Made by a program: the position numbers and the translations under genes
Part shown: in pieces, positions 48,434 through 57,000 of the stretch
Numbering within the stretch: position 1 is the stretch's first letter
Layout of the letters: every line of letters starts with the position of its first letter
NCBI GenBank assembly: GCA_036395755.1
Contig: DASWCZ010000023.1
Coordinates: 7,825 to 71,824, forward strand
Origin: Thermoanaerobaculia bacterium
GTDB lineage: Bacteria; Acidobacteriota; Thermoanaerobaculia; UBA5066; Gp7-AA6
Direction: 5' to 3'
Length of the DNA stretch: 64,000 bases
The notes under the pieces: generated by a model
Told to the model about the DNA's origin: nothing
What the model saw: the letters and a program-made list of their open reading frames with translations, nothing else
Database searches by the model: none

Positions 48434-49843
48434 ATGGACGGCGAAGAGAGGGGGCTCGCCGTGAAATCCTCCGACCGCTTCGACCTTCTGATCATCGGGG
48501 CCGGCCAGGCGGGTCCGCCGCTCGCGATCGAGCTCGCGCGAAAGCGGTGGCGCGTCGCGCTGGCGGAGCGCAAGCATCTCGGCGGATCGTGCGTGAACTT
48601 CGGGTGCACGCCCAGCAAGGCAGTCATCTCTTCGGCGCGGGTCGCCCATCTCGCCCGGCGCGGTCGCGAGTTCGGCGTTCGCATCCCCTCCGTCGAACCC
48701 GACCTCGCCGCAGTGCTCGATCGCGCGCGCGGGATCGTCGTGCAGACCCGGGCGGGACTCCGGGAAGCGCTCGTCAATTCGCGGAACGTGACCGTCCTCG
48801 AAGGACACGCGCGCTTCGAGGGGCGCGATCGGAACGGATTCCGATTGCGGGTCGGCGACCGCGGCATTTTCTCCTCTCAGGTCGTCATCGACACGGGCAC
48901 GAGGAGCCGCATTCCGCAGATCCGCGGGCTCGGCGCAATCGATTTTCTGACGGCCGAAAACTGGATCGACCGACCGGAGCTTCCAGAACATCTCGCGATC
49001 CTCGGGGGCGGGTACACGGGCCTCGAGATGGCGCAGTTCTACCGCCGCATGGGAAGCCGCGTCACGGTGATCGAAGAGGCGGCGGAGATCGCGGCGCACG
49101 AGGACGAGGACGTCGCCCGGGCGCTCCGCCAGATCTTGGAGTCCGAGGAGATCGCGTTCCGGCTGGACACGATGGCCGAGCGCGTGGACGGCGACGGCGC
49201 GGAGCTCCGTCTCTCTCTCAGGTCGAAGAAGAAGCGGGAAGGTCTCGTCGTCTCGCATCTCTTCGTCGCGACGGGGCGCAAGCCGAATACCGACGATCTG
49301 GGCCTCGAGAGGATCGGCCTCGCGACGGCGAAGGACGGAACGATCGAGGTCACCAAGCGGCTCGCGACGAGAGTACACGGCGTCTGGGCAGCCGGCGACG
49401 TCCGCGGAGGACCGATGTTCACCCACACCGCCTGGGACGACTATCGTGTTCTCGCCTCGCAGCTCGCCGGCGACCACTCGCGCACGACTGAGCGGATCGT
49501 GCCGTACGCGATCTACACCGACCCGCAACTGGGCCGGGTCGGGATGACGGTGTCGGACGCGAGGAAGTCGGGACGAAAAATCCGCGTCGGACGGTACGAA
49601 CTGCGGAAGAACGGCAAGGCGAGAGAGATCGGCGAGACGGAGGGTTTCGTCCAGATCGTGACCGACGCACGCTCCGATCGCATCCTCGGAGCCGCCGTTC
49701 TCTGCGCGGAGGGAGCGGAGCTCGTCCACCTCTTCGTGGACGTAATGAACGCGAAGGGGCGGTCCGCCGCGATCCGCGACGCGATCCACGTCCACCCGAC
49801 TCTCGCCGAGGCGGTCCAGAGCGCCGTCTTTGCCCTGGAGTGA
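48434..49843 (+). CDS. Class I FAD-dependent pyridine nucleotide-disulfide oxidoreductase (Lpd/RclA-like)
   Basis: It has an FAD motif (LLIIGAGQAGPP), a redox-active CxxxxC (GGSCVNFGCTPSK), an NAD(P) motif (ILGGGYTGLEMA) and a C-terminal HVHPTLAE dimer-interface His. No C-terminal Cys pair was seen, so it is not MerA. Confidence 0.7.
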   Translation: MDGEERGLAVKSSDRFDLLIIGAGQAGPPLAIELARKRWRVALAERKHLGGSCVNFGCTPSKAVISSARVAHLARRGREFGVRIPSVEPDLAAVLDRARGIVVQTRAGLREALVNSRNVTVLEGHARFEGRDRNGFRLRVGDRGIFSSQVVIDTGTRSRIPQIRGLGAIDFLTAENWIDRPELPEHLAILGGGYTGLEMAQFYRRMGSRVTVIEEAAEIAAHEDEDVARALRQILESEEIAFRLDTMAERVDGDGAELRLSLRSKKKREGLVVSHLFVATGRKPNTDDLGLERIGLATAKDGTIEVTKRLATRVHGVWAAGDVRGGPMFTHTAWDDYRVLASQLAGDHSRTTERIVPYAIYTDPQLGRVGMTVSDARKSGRKIRVGRYELRKNGKAREIGETEGFVQIVTDARSDRILGAAVLCAEGAELVHLFVDVMNAKGRSAAIRDAIHVHPTLAEAVQSAVFALE

Positions 49844-51156
49844 GAAAGCCGGTCCGCTTCGCCGTCGATCTCGCCGGCGAGCTCGCCGCGCTCCAGAGAC
49901 ACACGTTCGGCTACTTCGTGCACGAAGCGAATCCCGCGAACGGTCTCGTTCGCGACAACACGCGATACGGTTCCCCTTCTTCGATCGCGGCGGTCGGCCT
50001 CGCGCTCGCGTGCTATCCCGTCGCGGTCGAGCGCGGCTATCTGACCCGCGAAGAGGCGGCCGCCCGCGTTGGGACGACGCTGAAGTTCTTCGCCGAGAGC
50101 CCGCAGGGCCTGGAGCCGGATGCGACCGGCCATCGCGGTTTCTTCTACCACTTCCTGGATCTGCGAACGGGAAGGCGCGCCCACGGCTGCGAGCTCTCGA
50201 CGATGGACACGGCGATTCTGCTCGCCGGCGCTCTGACCGCCGCCGAGTACTTCGACCTCGATCGCGCCGACGAGGCGGAGATCCGGCGTCTCGCGGACTC
50301 GCTCTTCCAGGCCGCGGAATGGGACTGGGCGCTCGACGGAGGCCTCGCGCTGCGTCACGGGTGGACGCCGGAGGGCGGATTTCTTTCGTATCGATGGCAG
50401 GGTTACAGCGAGGCAATCCTCCTCTATGTGCTCGCCCTCGGCTCTCCGAGCCACCCGATCCCTGCCGAGAGCTACGCCGCCTGGACTGCGTCCTACGAGT
50501 GGAAGACGATCTACGGCCTCGAGTACCTCTTCGGCGGCCCCCTCTTCATGCACCAGCTCTCTCACCTCTGGATCGACTTCCGCGGAATCCGCGATGCCTT
50601 CATGAGAGAGAAAGGGATCGATTACTTTGAGAACAGCCGCCGGGCGACGTTCGTGCAGCAGCTTTACGCGGAGCGAAATCCCCGCGGTTTCCAGGGATAC
50701 TCCCGCGACGTCTGGGGAATTACCGCAAGCGACGGGCCGGGGCCGGCAGTCCGCCGGATCGGCGGTCGCCTGCGGAGATTCGACGACTACCGGGCGCGCG
50801 GCGTTCCGTACGGTCCCGACGACGGGACGCTCTCTCCCTGGGCGGTTATCGCGTCGCTGCCGTTCGCGCCCGAGATCGTGCTCCCGACTTTCGTGAGCCT
50901 CCTCCGGAAATATCCGGAGATGAGGACCCACTATGGATTCCTGTGCAGTCTGAACCCGACATTCGGAGCCGACGGTCGCGGTCGTGGCGACTGGGTTGCG
51001 AAGGGCTACTATGGTCTCGATCAGGGCCCGGTCATTCTCATGATCGAGAACTTCGCGAGCGGAATGATCTGGAGACTGATGCGGCGCTGTCGCCCGCTCG
51101 TCGACGGGCTGACGCGGGCGGGATTTAAGGGAGGATGGCTGGACGGCTCAGCCTGA
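49840..51156 (+). CDS. Putative glycoside hydrolase-like protein (DUF3131 / GH144-like six-hairpin fold)
   Basis: The GTG start overlaps the upstream stop (GTGA). The motifs FFYHFLDLRTG...ELSTMDTAILLAGAL...WTPEGGF...YSEA resemble the DUF3131/glucoamylase-like family. This is a family-level inference only. Confidence 0.4.
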   Translation: MRKPVRFAVDLAGELAALQRHTFGYFVHEANPANGLVRDNTRYGSPSSIAAVGLALACYPVAVERGYLTREEAAARVGTTLKFFAESPQGLEPDATGHRGFFYHFLDLRTGRRAHGCELSTMDTAILLAGALTAAEYFDLDRADEAEIRRLADSLFQAAEWDWALDGGLALRHGWTPEGGFLSYRWQGYSEAILLYVLALGSPSHPIPAESYAAWTASYEWKTIYGLEYLFGGPLFMHQLSHLWIDFRGIRDAFMREKGIDYFENSRRATFVQQLYAERNPRGFQGYSRDVWGITASDGPGPAVRRIGGRLRRFDDYRARGVPYGPDDGTLSPWAVIASLPFAPEIVLPTFVSLLRKYPEMRTHYGFLCSLNPTFGADGRGRGDWVAKGYYGLDQGPVILMIENFASGMIWRLMRRCRPLVDGLTRAGFKGGWLDGSA

Positions 51157-51242
51157 AGTCCGAGGCCCAAAGTCCAGAGTAGCCAGTCGGTTACGGGCCG
51201 GCAACGGAATTGCTCCATTCTCCGACTGGAAAGGAGAATCTC

Positions 51243-51395
51243 ATGAACTGCCAGCATCGCGGTTGTCCGTGCCGCAACGCATCGATCGAGCGCGACGGAA
51301 AGACGTTCTGCAGCGAGAAATGCGCCGAGATGGAGACGACGGGCCGCCACGCTTCGCACTGCGCCTGCGGCCACTCCTCCTGCGCGGCGGTGTAG
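51243..51395 (+). CDS. Bacterial SmtA/BmtA-like metallothionein, copy 2 (50 aa)
   Basis: The RBS GGAAAGGAGAATCTC precedes the ATG. The protein is MNCQHRGCPCRNASIERDGKTFCSEKCAEMETTGRHASHCACGHSSCAAV. It is collinear with copy 1 (FCSExCAEME, C-x-CGH-x2-CAA). Confidence 0.65.
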   Translation: MNCQHRGCPCRNASIERDGKTFCSEKCAEMETTGRHASHCACGHSSCAAV

Positions 51396-51518
51396 AGGAG
51401 TCGACCCGACCCGTCAGATCCGGCGGCGCTCTCGGCCCCAGGAGTTCGAGAAGAGCGACAGGGCCTCGTTCCAGGTCGAGGCGTGCTCGTCTTTCGAGCC
51501 GATCGCGGAGAACGGTCC

Positions 51519-51550
51519 GAAAAGACCTCTCCGCGGCGCTTCGGCGCCGC
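51519..51550 (-). terminator. Rho-independent terminator candidate downstream of the lmo0937-family gene
   Basis: The perfect stem GCGGCGC-TTCG-GCGCCGC (51533–51550) is followed on the minus-strand transcript by GGAGAGGUCUUUUCGG (U-rich). It lies between convergent genes. Confidence 0.45.
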
Positions 51551-51589
51551 CTCGACCGCAGAGGTCCGGAATCCCGGCCGGACGCGGAG

Positions 51590-51733
51590 CTAAGGTCCGC
51601 GGCGGACGAGGCCCAGAATCAGGACGATGACGGCGACCACCAGGATGAGGTGAATCAATCCGCTCGTCACGTGGAAGGCGAAAAAGCCGAGCAGCCAGAG
51701 CACCAGAAGAATCACGAAGATCGTCCAGACCAC
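51590..51733 (-). CDS. lmo0937-family small membrane protein (47 aa)
   Basis: GTG at 51733 with AAAGGAGGA upstream. The protein is VVWTIFVILLVLWLLGFFAFHVTSGLIHLILVVAVIVLILGLVRRGP, matching the conserved WxIxVILLxLWLLG...GGLIHLLL pattern. The tracked ORF is extended upstream. Confidence 0.55.
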   Translation of the reverse strand: MVWTIFVILLVLWLLGFFAFHVTSGLIHLILVVAVIVLILGLVRRGP

Positions 51734-51879
51734 GGCTCCTCCTTTCGATCCGGCAGGGCCCGGCGCCGGCGCATTGCGAGCGAGTCTACTCCGGAGACCA
51801 CCAGGGAAAGGCCCGCGCGCACCTGAGCCTTCGAGGTGAAAACCTGTTTCCCGATCCCTCGCTCCCCTCGGATGACAGG

Positions 51880-52398
51880 CTAGGAACGGCGCTCGCGCGC
51901 GCGATGCCAGGCGTCCTTCACGGCTTCGCGAGCTTCTTCCCACTCGCCGGCGTTTTCACCGTGCAGCGCGTCCCAGGACCGCTCGAGTTCGCTCTCGGCG
52001 TCATCGAAATCCCGTCCGGCGAATTGCTCGCCGATCGCGCTCTGCCAGCCGTAGCGATAGCCCGGCTCGTAATGCTCGTAAGGAGTCCCCGGCTCGTAGT
52101 AGGGGCGGCGCCGGAAGTTCTGCCGCCAGTAGTCCCCCTCCGCGACTTCGTCTAAGTCCTCTCCCGCGGCCAGCCCTCCGGTGCCCGCCGACTCCCCGCG
52201 GTCGATGCCCCAGCCGGTCGCCGTCCCAGCCGCGATCTCCTGGAAGGCGTTCTCGCTGTCGCCCGTCGAGGCCATCGTTTCGGCCTCGTCCGCCGCCGCC
52301 GCGTCGGAGCTCATTCCGCGACGGCTGACGTCTTCGGCGTCGTGCACCCTTTCTCCATGTCGGTGGACCGTCCCTTCGCGCTCCCTCTCTTTTTCCAT
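51880..52398 (-). CDS. Acidic low-complexity hypothetical protein with a Y/P/G-rich C-terminal module
   Basis: ATG at 52398 with GGAGG 7 nt upstream. The protein is MEKEREREGTVHRHGERVHDAEDVSRRG..., then DYWRQNFRRRPYYEPGTPYEHYEPGYRYGWQSAIGEQFAGRDFDDAESELERSWDALHGENAGEWEEAREAVKDAWHRA. The tracked ORF is extended. Confidence 0.45.
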   Translation of the reverse strand: MEKEREREGTVHRHGERVHDAEDVSRRGMSSDAAAADEAETMASTGDSENAFQEIAAGTATGWGIDRGESAGTGGLAAGEDLDEVAEGDYWRQNFRRRPYYEPGTPYEHYEPGYRYGWQSAIGEQFAGRDFDDAESELERSWDALHGENAGEWEEAREAVKDAWHRARERRS

Positions 52399-52496
52399 GA
52401 ACGACCTCCGGGAAGGAATAGAGCAAGGGGCGTACCGGAAGGCCGTTCGGGCATAACAGGGCCGCGCTAGAATCTGGGCCCATCTAGGAGGAGTCC

Positions 52497-53264
52497 ATGC
52501 GTTCACGTCTTTGTTCCATCGTCTCTGTTCTCCTTCTCTCACTGACCGCCGCCGCAGCCACCGCCGCCGACGCGAAGACGGCGACGCCTCCGTGGAAAGT
52601 CTCCGGCCAGCTCGAGGAGGCGTGTTCCTGTGACGCGGCCTGCCCGTGCTGGTTCGATTCGAAACCGACGAGGATGAACTGCAGCGGCGGCTTCGCGCTC
52701 TTCATCGACAAGGGCAAGTACGGGGACGTGCCGCTCGACGGTCTCGCCGTCGCTCTCATCGGGCAGAACCCCGATGGAACGACGATGATGGGCTCGATCG
52801 GCAACTGGAACTTCGCCTACGTGTACGTCGACGAGAAGGCGAGCCCCGAGCAGCGCAAAGCGCTCGAGGAGATCGCCAAAGCCACCTCACCCCCCATGGC
52901 GCCGCCCGATCGGACGAAGATCCGCTACATCCCGATCACGCGGCGAGTCGACGGATCGGAGCACGTCGTCACCCTCGGCCCTTACGGGAGCTTCTCGGGC
53001 CACCTCGTCGACGGAGGCCTGGGCGGCCCGTCCAAGATCGTCAACTCGACGGGCGCCGACCCGATTCGCAAGGAGTACATGCAGGGCCGCACGACCCGCC
53101 AGACCTACAACGACGCGGGCCAGAACTGGGACTGGTCGAACAGCAACTACATGTTCACGACGTTCGACGTGACGAGCGAGGACTACGCGAAGTTCGCGCA
53201 GGCCATGACCCAGAAGATGCAGGAAAAGGCGCCACCACCGAAGACTGACAAGAAGTCGAAGTAG
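52497..53264 (+). CDS. Secreted DUF1326-family protein with a CxC-x3-CPC motif
   Basis: The RBS AGGAGGA precedes the ATG. Signal peptide MRSRLCSIVSVLLLSLTAAAATAADA. GQLEEACSCDAACPCWF is the hallmark of DUF1326. Confidence 0.6.
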   Translation: MRSRLCSIVSVLLLSLTAAAATAADAKTATPPWKVSGQLEEACSCDAACPCWFDSKPTRMNCSGGFALFIDKGKYGDVPLDGLAVALIGQNPDGTTMMGSIGNWNFAYVYVDEKASPEQRKALEEIAKATSPPMAPPDRTKIRYIPITRRVDGSEHVVTLGPYGSFSGHLVDGGLGGPSKIVNSTGADPIRKEYMQGRTTRQTYNDAGQNWDWSNSNYMFTTFDVTSEDYAKFAQAMTQKMQEKAPPPKTDKKSK

Positions 53265-53274
53265 CCCCGCGGCG

Positions 53275-53913
53275 TTGGGACTGACGCAGCCGGTCACGTT
53301 CGCGACCGACTGCGCGCTCGGCCTCGCGGCGCTCGTCGGTGCGTTCTTCCTCGCGCGGGACTGTCGCGGTCCGGGAAGGCTGCCGGTCCGCTTGTGGGCG
53401 GTTGGTTTTCTCGCGCTCGGCGCCGCGGCGTTTCTCGGCGCAACGTGGCACGGCTTTTCGGTGCACTTGGCCGCGCCTTCCGCGAAGCTGGTCTGGAAGG
53501 CAACGCTCGCGGGAACGGGATGCGCAAGCTTCCTCCTCGTGGCCGGGGCGAGCTTCGGATCGCTCGCGCGTCGGGCAGCGATCGGTGTCACGGCCGCCGC
53601 GGCGGCGAAGCTCGGCGTCTTTCTTTTCTGGGCCGCCTCTCACGACGAGTTCGATGGAGTGATCCTCGACTCAGCCGCGGCTATGGCGGCGATTCTCATC
53701 CTGCAGGGAATGGCCTGGACCCGGCGGCGGGCCCGGAGCGCCCCATGGATCGCGGCCGGGATTCTGCTCTCCTTCGGGGCGGCGGCCGTCGAGGCGCTCG
53801 GCTTTTCTCCCGGCAAGCAGTTCTCGCACGACGACCTGTACCACGTCATCCAGATAGGGGCTCTCTACCTCCTCTACCGCGGCGGCGGCCTTCTCGAGAC
53901 CCGACCGTCCTGA
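53275..53913 (+). CDS. Integral membrane protein (about 6 TM), possibly the DUF2182-type partner of DUF1326
   Basis: It starts 11 nt after the DUF1326 stop. It has multiple hydrophobic helices and conserved His residues (ATWHGFSVH, SHDDLYHVIQ). The family assignment is inference from the known DUF1326/DUF2182 gene pairing. Confidence 0.4.
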   Translation: MGLTQPVTFATDCALGLAALVGAFFLARDCRGPGRLPVRLWAVGFLALGAAAFLGATWHGFSVHLAAPSAKLVWKATLAGTGCASFLLVAGASFGSLARRAAIGVTAAAAAKLGVFLFWAASHDEFDGVILDSAAAMAAILILQGMAWTRRRARSAPWIAAGILLSFGAAAVEALGFSPGKQFSHDDLYHVIQIGALYLLYRGGGLLETRPS

Positions 53914-54059
53914 GGCCTTCCGGTGGTGCATTTTTTGCATCGAAAGCGCCGATTGACCTGAATCCACACGGATGAGACCCGGACCTGCTGACGCCTCATA
54001 AGGCCGCGATCACCCGCGAGTTCTCGAGGTTCGTTCGCCGCACTCGAAAAGGAAACGGC

Positions 54060-57000
54060 ATGAAGACCAATTCGGTGGCGGGTGGCGCTGCCTCCCGCAA
54101 CAACGGGCCGGTTCGCCGGCACCTCCTGAAGAAGCTGAAGCGGGCGGAAGTCGGCGGCTCGCTCGACCGCCGGCAGCTCCTCGCGGCGCTCCAGGGTTTC
54201 AAGCGCGGCTCCTTCGACGTGAGGCTCCCGGAGGACTGGATCGGGCTCGACGGCAAGATCGCCGATGCCTTTAACGACGTCGTCGCCCGCAATCAACGGA
54301 TGAGCCGTGAGCTCAAGCGGCTCCGGCGCGTCGTCGGCCAGGAAGGCAGGATCGCCGAGCGCGCGGACATCGGGGACGTCGAGGGCTCCTGGGCGGACTC
54401 TGTCCACTGCGTCAACGCGCTCATCGGCGACCTCGTCCATCCCACGAGGGAGACGGCGCGCGTCATCGGCGCCGTCGCGAAGGGCGACCTTTCGCAGACG
54501 ATGGCGCTCGAAGTCAACGGCCGGGCGCTCGAGGGGGAGTTCCTGCGCACCGCGAAGACCGTCAATACGATGGTCAACCAGCTTTCCTCTTTCGCCTCGG
54601 AAGTCACGCGCGTCGCCCGCGAGGTCGGCACGGAAGGCAAGCTTGGCGGTCAGGCCAAGGTCAAAGGCGTGGCCGGGACCTGGAAAGACCTGACCGAGAA
54701 CGTGAACCTGATGGCTGGCAACCTGACCGCGCAGGTCCGCAACATCGCGGCGGTCACGACCGCGGTCGCGAACGGAGATCTGGCGAAGAAGATCACGGTC
54801 GACGTCAAGGGTGAATTCCTGGAGCTCAAGGCGACGATCAACACGATGGTCGACCAGCTCCGCTCCTTCGCGGCCGAGGTCACACGTGTCGCCCGCGAGG
54901 TCGGCACCGAAGGCAAGCTCGGTGGCCAGGCGAAGGTGGAAGGAGTCGCCGGGACCTGGAAGGACCTGACAGACAACGTCAACTTCATGGCGAGCAACCT
55001 GACCGGCCAGGTGCGCAACATCGCGGACGTCACCAAGGCGGTCGCCAATGGGGACCTCTCCACCAAGGTCACGGTCGACGTCCGCGGCGAGATCCTGGAG
55101 CTGAAGAACACGGTCAACACGATGGTCGACCAGCTTTCGTCGTTTGCCGCCGAAGTCACGCGCGTCGCACGCGAGGTCGGCACGGAAGGCAAGCTCGGCG
55201 GTCAGGCCGAGGTCGAAGGCGTTTCGGGGACCTGGAAGGACCTGACCGACAGCGTCAACCTCATGGCGGGCAACTTGACCGCCCAAGTGCGCAACATCGC
55301 CGCGGTGACGACGGCCGTCGCCACGGGAGACCTGTCGAAGAAAATCACGGTCGACGTCAAGGGCGAGATCCTGGAGCTGAAGGACACGATCAACACGATG
55401 GTCGACCAGCTCCGATCCTTCGCGTCGGAGGTCACGCGCGTCGCCCGCGAGGTCGGCACCGAAGGAAAGCTCGGCGGCCAGGCCCGCGTCGAAGGCGTCT
55501 CGGGAACCTGGAAGGACCTGACCGACAACGTCAACTTCATGGCGGGCAACCTCACGTCTCAGGTGAGAAATATCGCGGACGTCACCAAGGCGGTCGCCAA
55601 CGGCGACCTCTCGCGAAAGATCACGGTCGGCGTCCGCGGCGAGATCCTGGAGCTGAAGAACACGGTCAACACGATGGTCGACCAGCTCTCGTCGTTTGCC
55701 GCCGAAGTCACCCGCGTCGCGCGCGAGGTCGGCACGGAAGGCAAGCTCGGCGGCCAGGCGAAGGTCAAGGGCGTCGGCGGGACCTGGAAAGACCTGACCG
55801 ACAACGTGAACTCGATGGCCGGCAACCTGACGAGCCAGGTCCGCGGGATCGCGAAGGTCGTCACTGCGGTCGCCAACGGCGACCTGAAGCGCAAGCTGAC
55901 GCTCCAGGCCAAGGGCGAGATCGCGGCGCTTGCCGACACGATCAACGGAATGATCGACACGCTCGCGACCTTCGCGGATCAGGTCACGACCGTGGCGCGC
56001 GAGGTCGGCGTCGAAGGAAAGCTGGGCGGCCAGGCGAGCGTGCCCGGCGCGGCCGGAACCTGGAAGGATCTGACCGACAACGTCAACCAGCTCGCCGCGA
56101 ACCTGACCACCCAGGTCCGCGCGATTGCCGAGGTCGCGACCGCGGTCACGAAGGGAGACCTCACCCGCTCGATCAAGGTCGAGGCGTCGGGAGAGGTTGC
56201 ATCTCTGAAAGACAACATCAACGAGATGATCCGGAACCTCAAAGACACGACCCTGAAGAACAGCGAGCAGGACTGGCTGAAGACGAACCTCGCCAAGTTC
56301 AGCCGCATGCTGCAGGGTCAGCGGGATCTGGTCACGGTGGGACGGCTCGTTCTGTCCGAGCTCGCTCCGGTCGTCACGGCCCAGCAGGGCGTCCTCTACA
56401 CGCTCGACGGATCGCGAGAGGACCCGCAGCTCACTCTGCTCGCGAGCTACGCGTGCCGGGAGAGCTCGCTCGCTCGCACGCTGCTTCCCGGGGAGGGACT
56501 CGTCGGCGAGTGCGCGCGCGAAAAGAACAAGATCCTGCTGCGCAACGTTCCAGCGGGTTACATGGGGATCTCTTCGGGACTCGGCGCGGGAAGCCCGGCG
56601 AACATCATCGTGTTGCCCGTGCTTTTCGAGGGCAAGGTCAAGGGGGTCCTCGAGCTCGCGTCGTTCGAGCGGTTCTCGACGGCGCACCAGGCGCTGCTCG
56701 AGCAGCTCGCCGAGACGATCGGAATCGTGCTCAATACGATCGAAGCGAATACGCGCACGGAGGACCTCCTCAAGCAGTCCCAGTCTCTGGCGGGAGAACT
56801 CCAGAGCCAGCAGGAGGAGCTTCGTCAGACCAACCAGCAGCTCGAAGAGAAAGCGGCTCTTCTCGCCGAGCGCAACGTCGAGGTCGAGCGCAAGAACCAG
56901 GAGGTCGAGCAGGCGCGGGTCGCGCTCGAGGAGAAGGCGAAGCAGCTGGCGCTCACGTCGAAGTACAAGTCCGAGTTCCTGGCCAACATGTCCCACGAGC

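Noticed and set aside
48434-49843. Mercuric reductase MerA (given the nearby metallothioneins)
   Set aside because: It lacks the C-terminal vicinal Cys pair and the N-terminal HMA (GMTCxxC) domain. The HVHPTLAE tail is typical of Lpd, glutathione-reductase and RclA-type enzymes.
45300-52500. Shared EcfG-type (GGAAC-N16-CGTT) promoter upstream of the stress genes
   Set aside because: Only weak, inconsistent partial matches were found by eye (for example AGAACC-N17-CGGTT before the KGG gene). This is not enough to claim a regulon.
54293-55960. Four minus-strand ORFs (54293..54640, 54650..55192, 55202..55555, 55559..55960) tiling the HAMP array
   Set aside because: They are mirror artefacts of the 276-bp tandem repeat on the coding strand. 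They are Ser/Thr/Pro-rich and repeat with the same period.
54420-56290. Possibility that the regular 276-bp repeats are a CRISPR array or a mobile repeat
   Set aside because: The repeats are contiguous, in-frame and coding (HAMP units) inside a single long ORF. There are no spacers and no cas genes.
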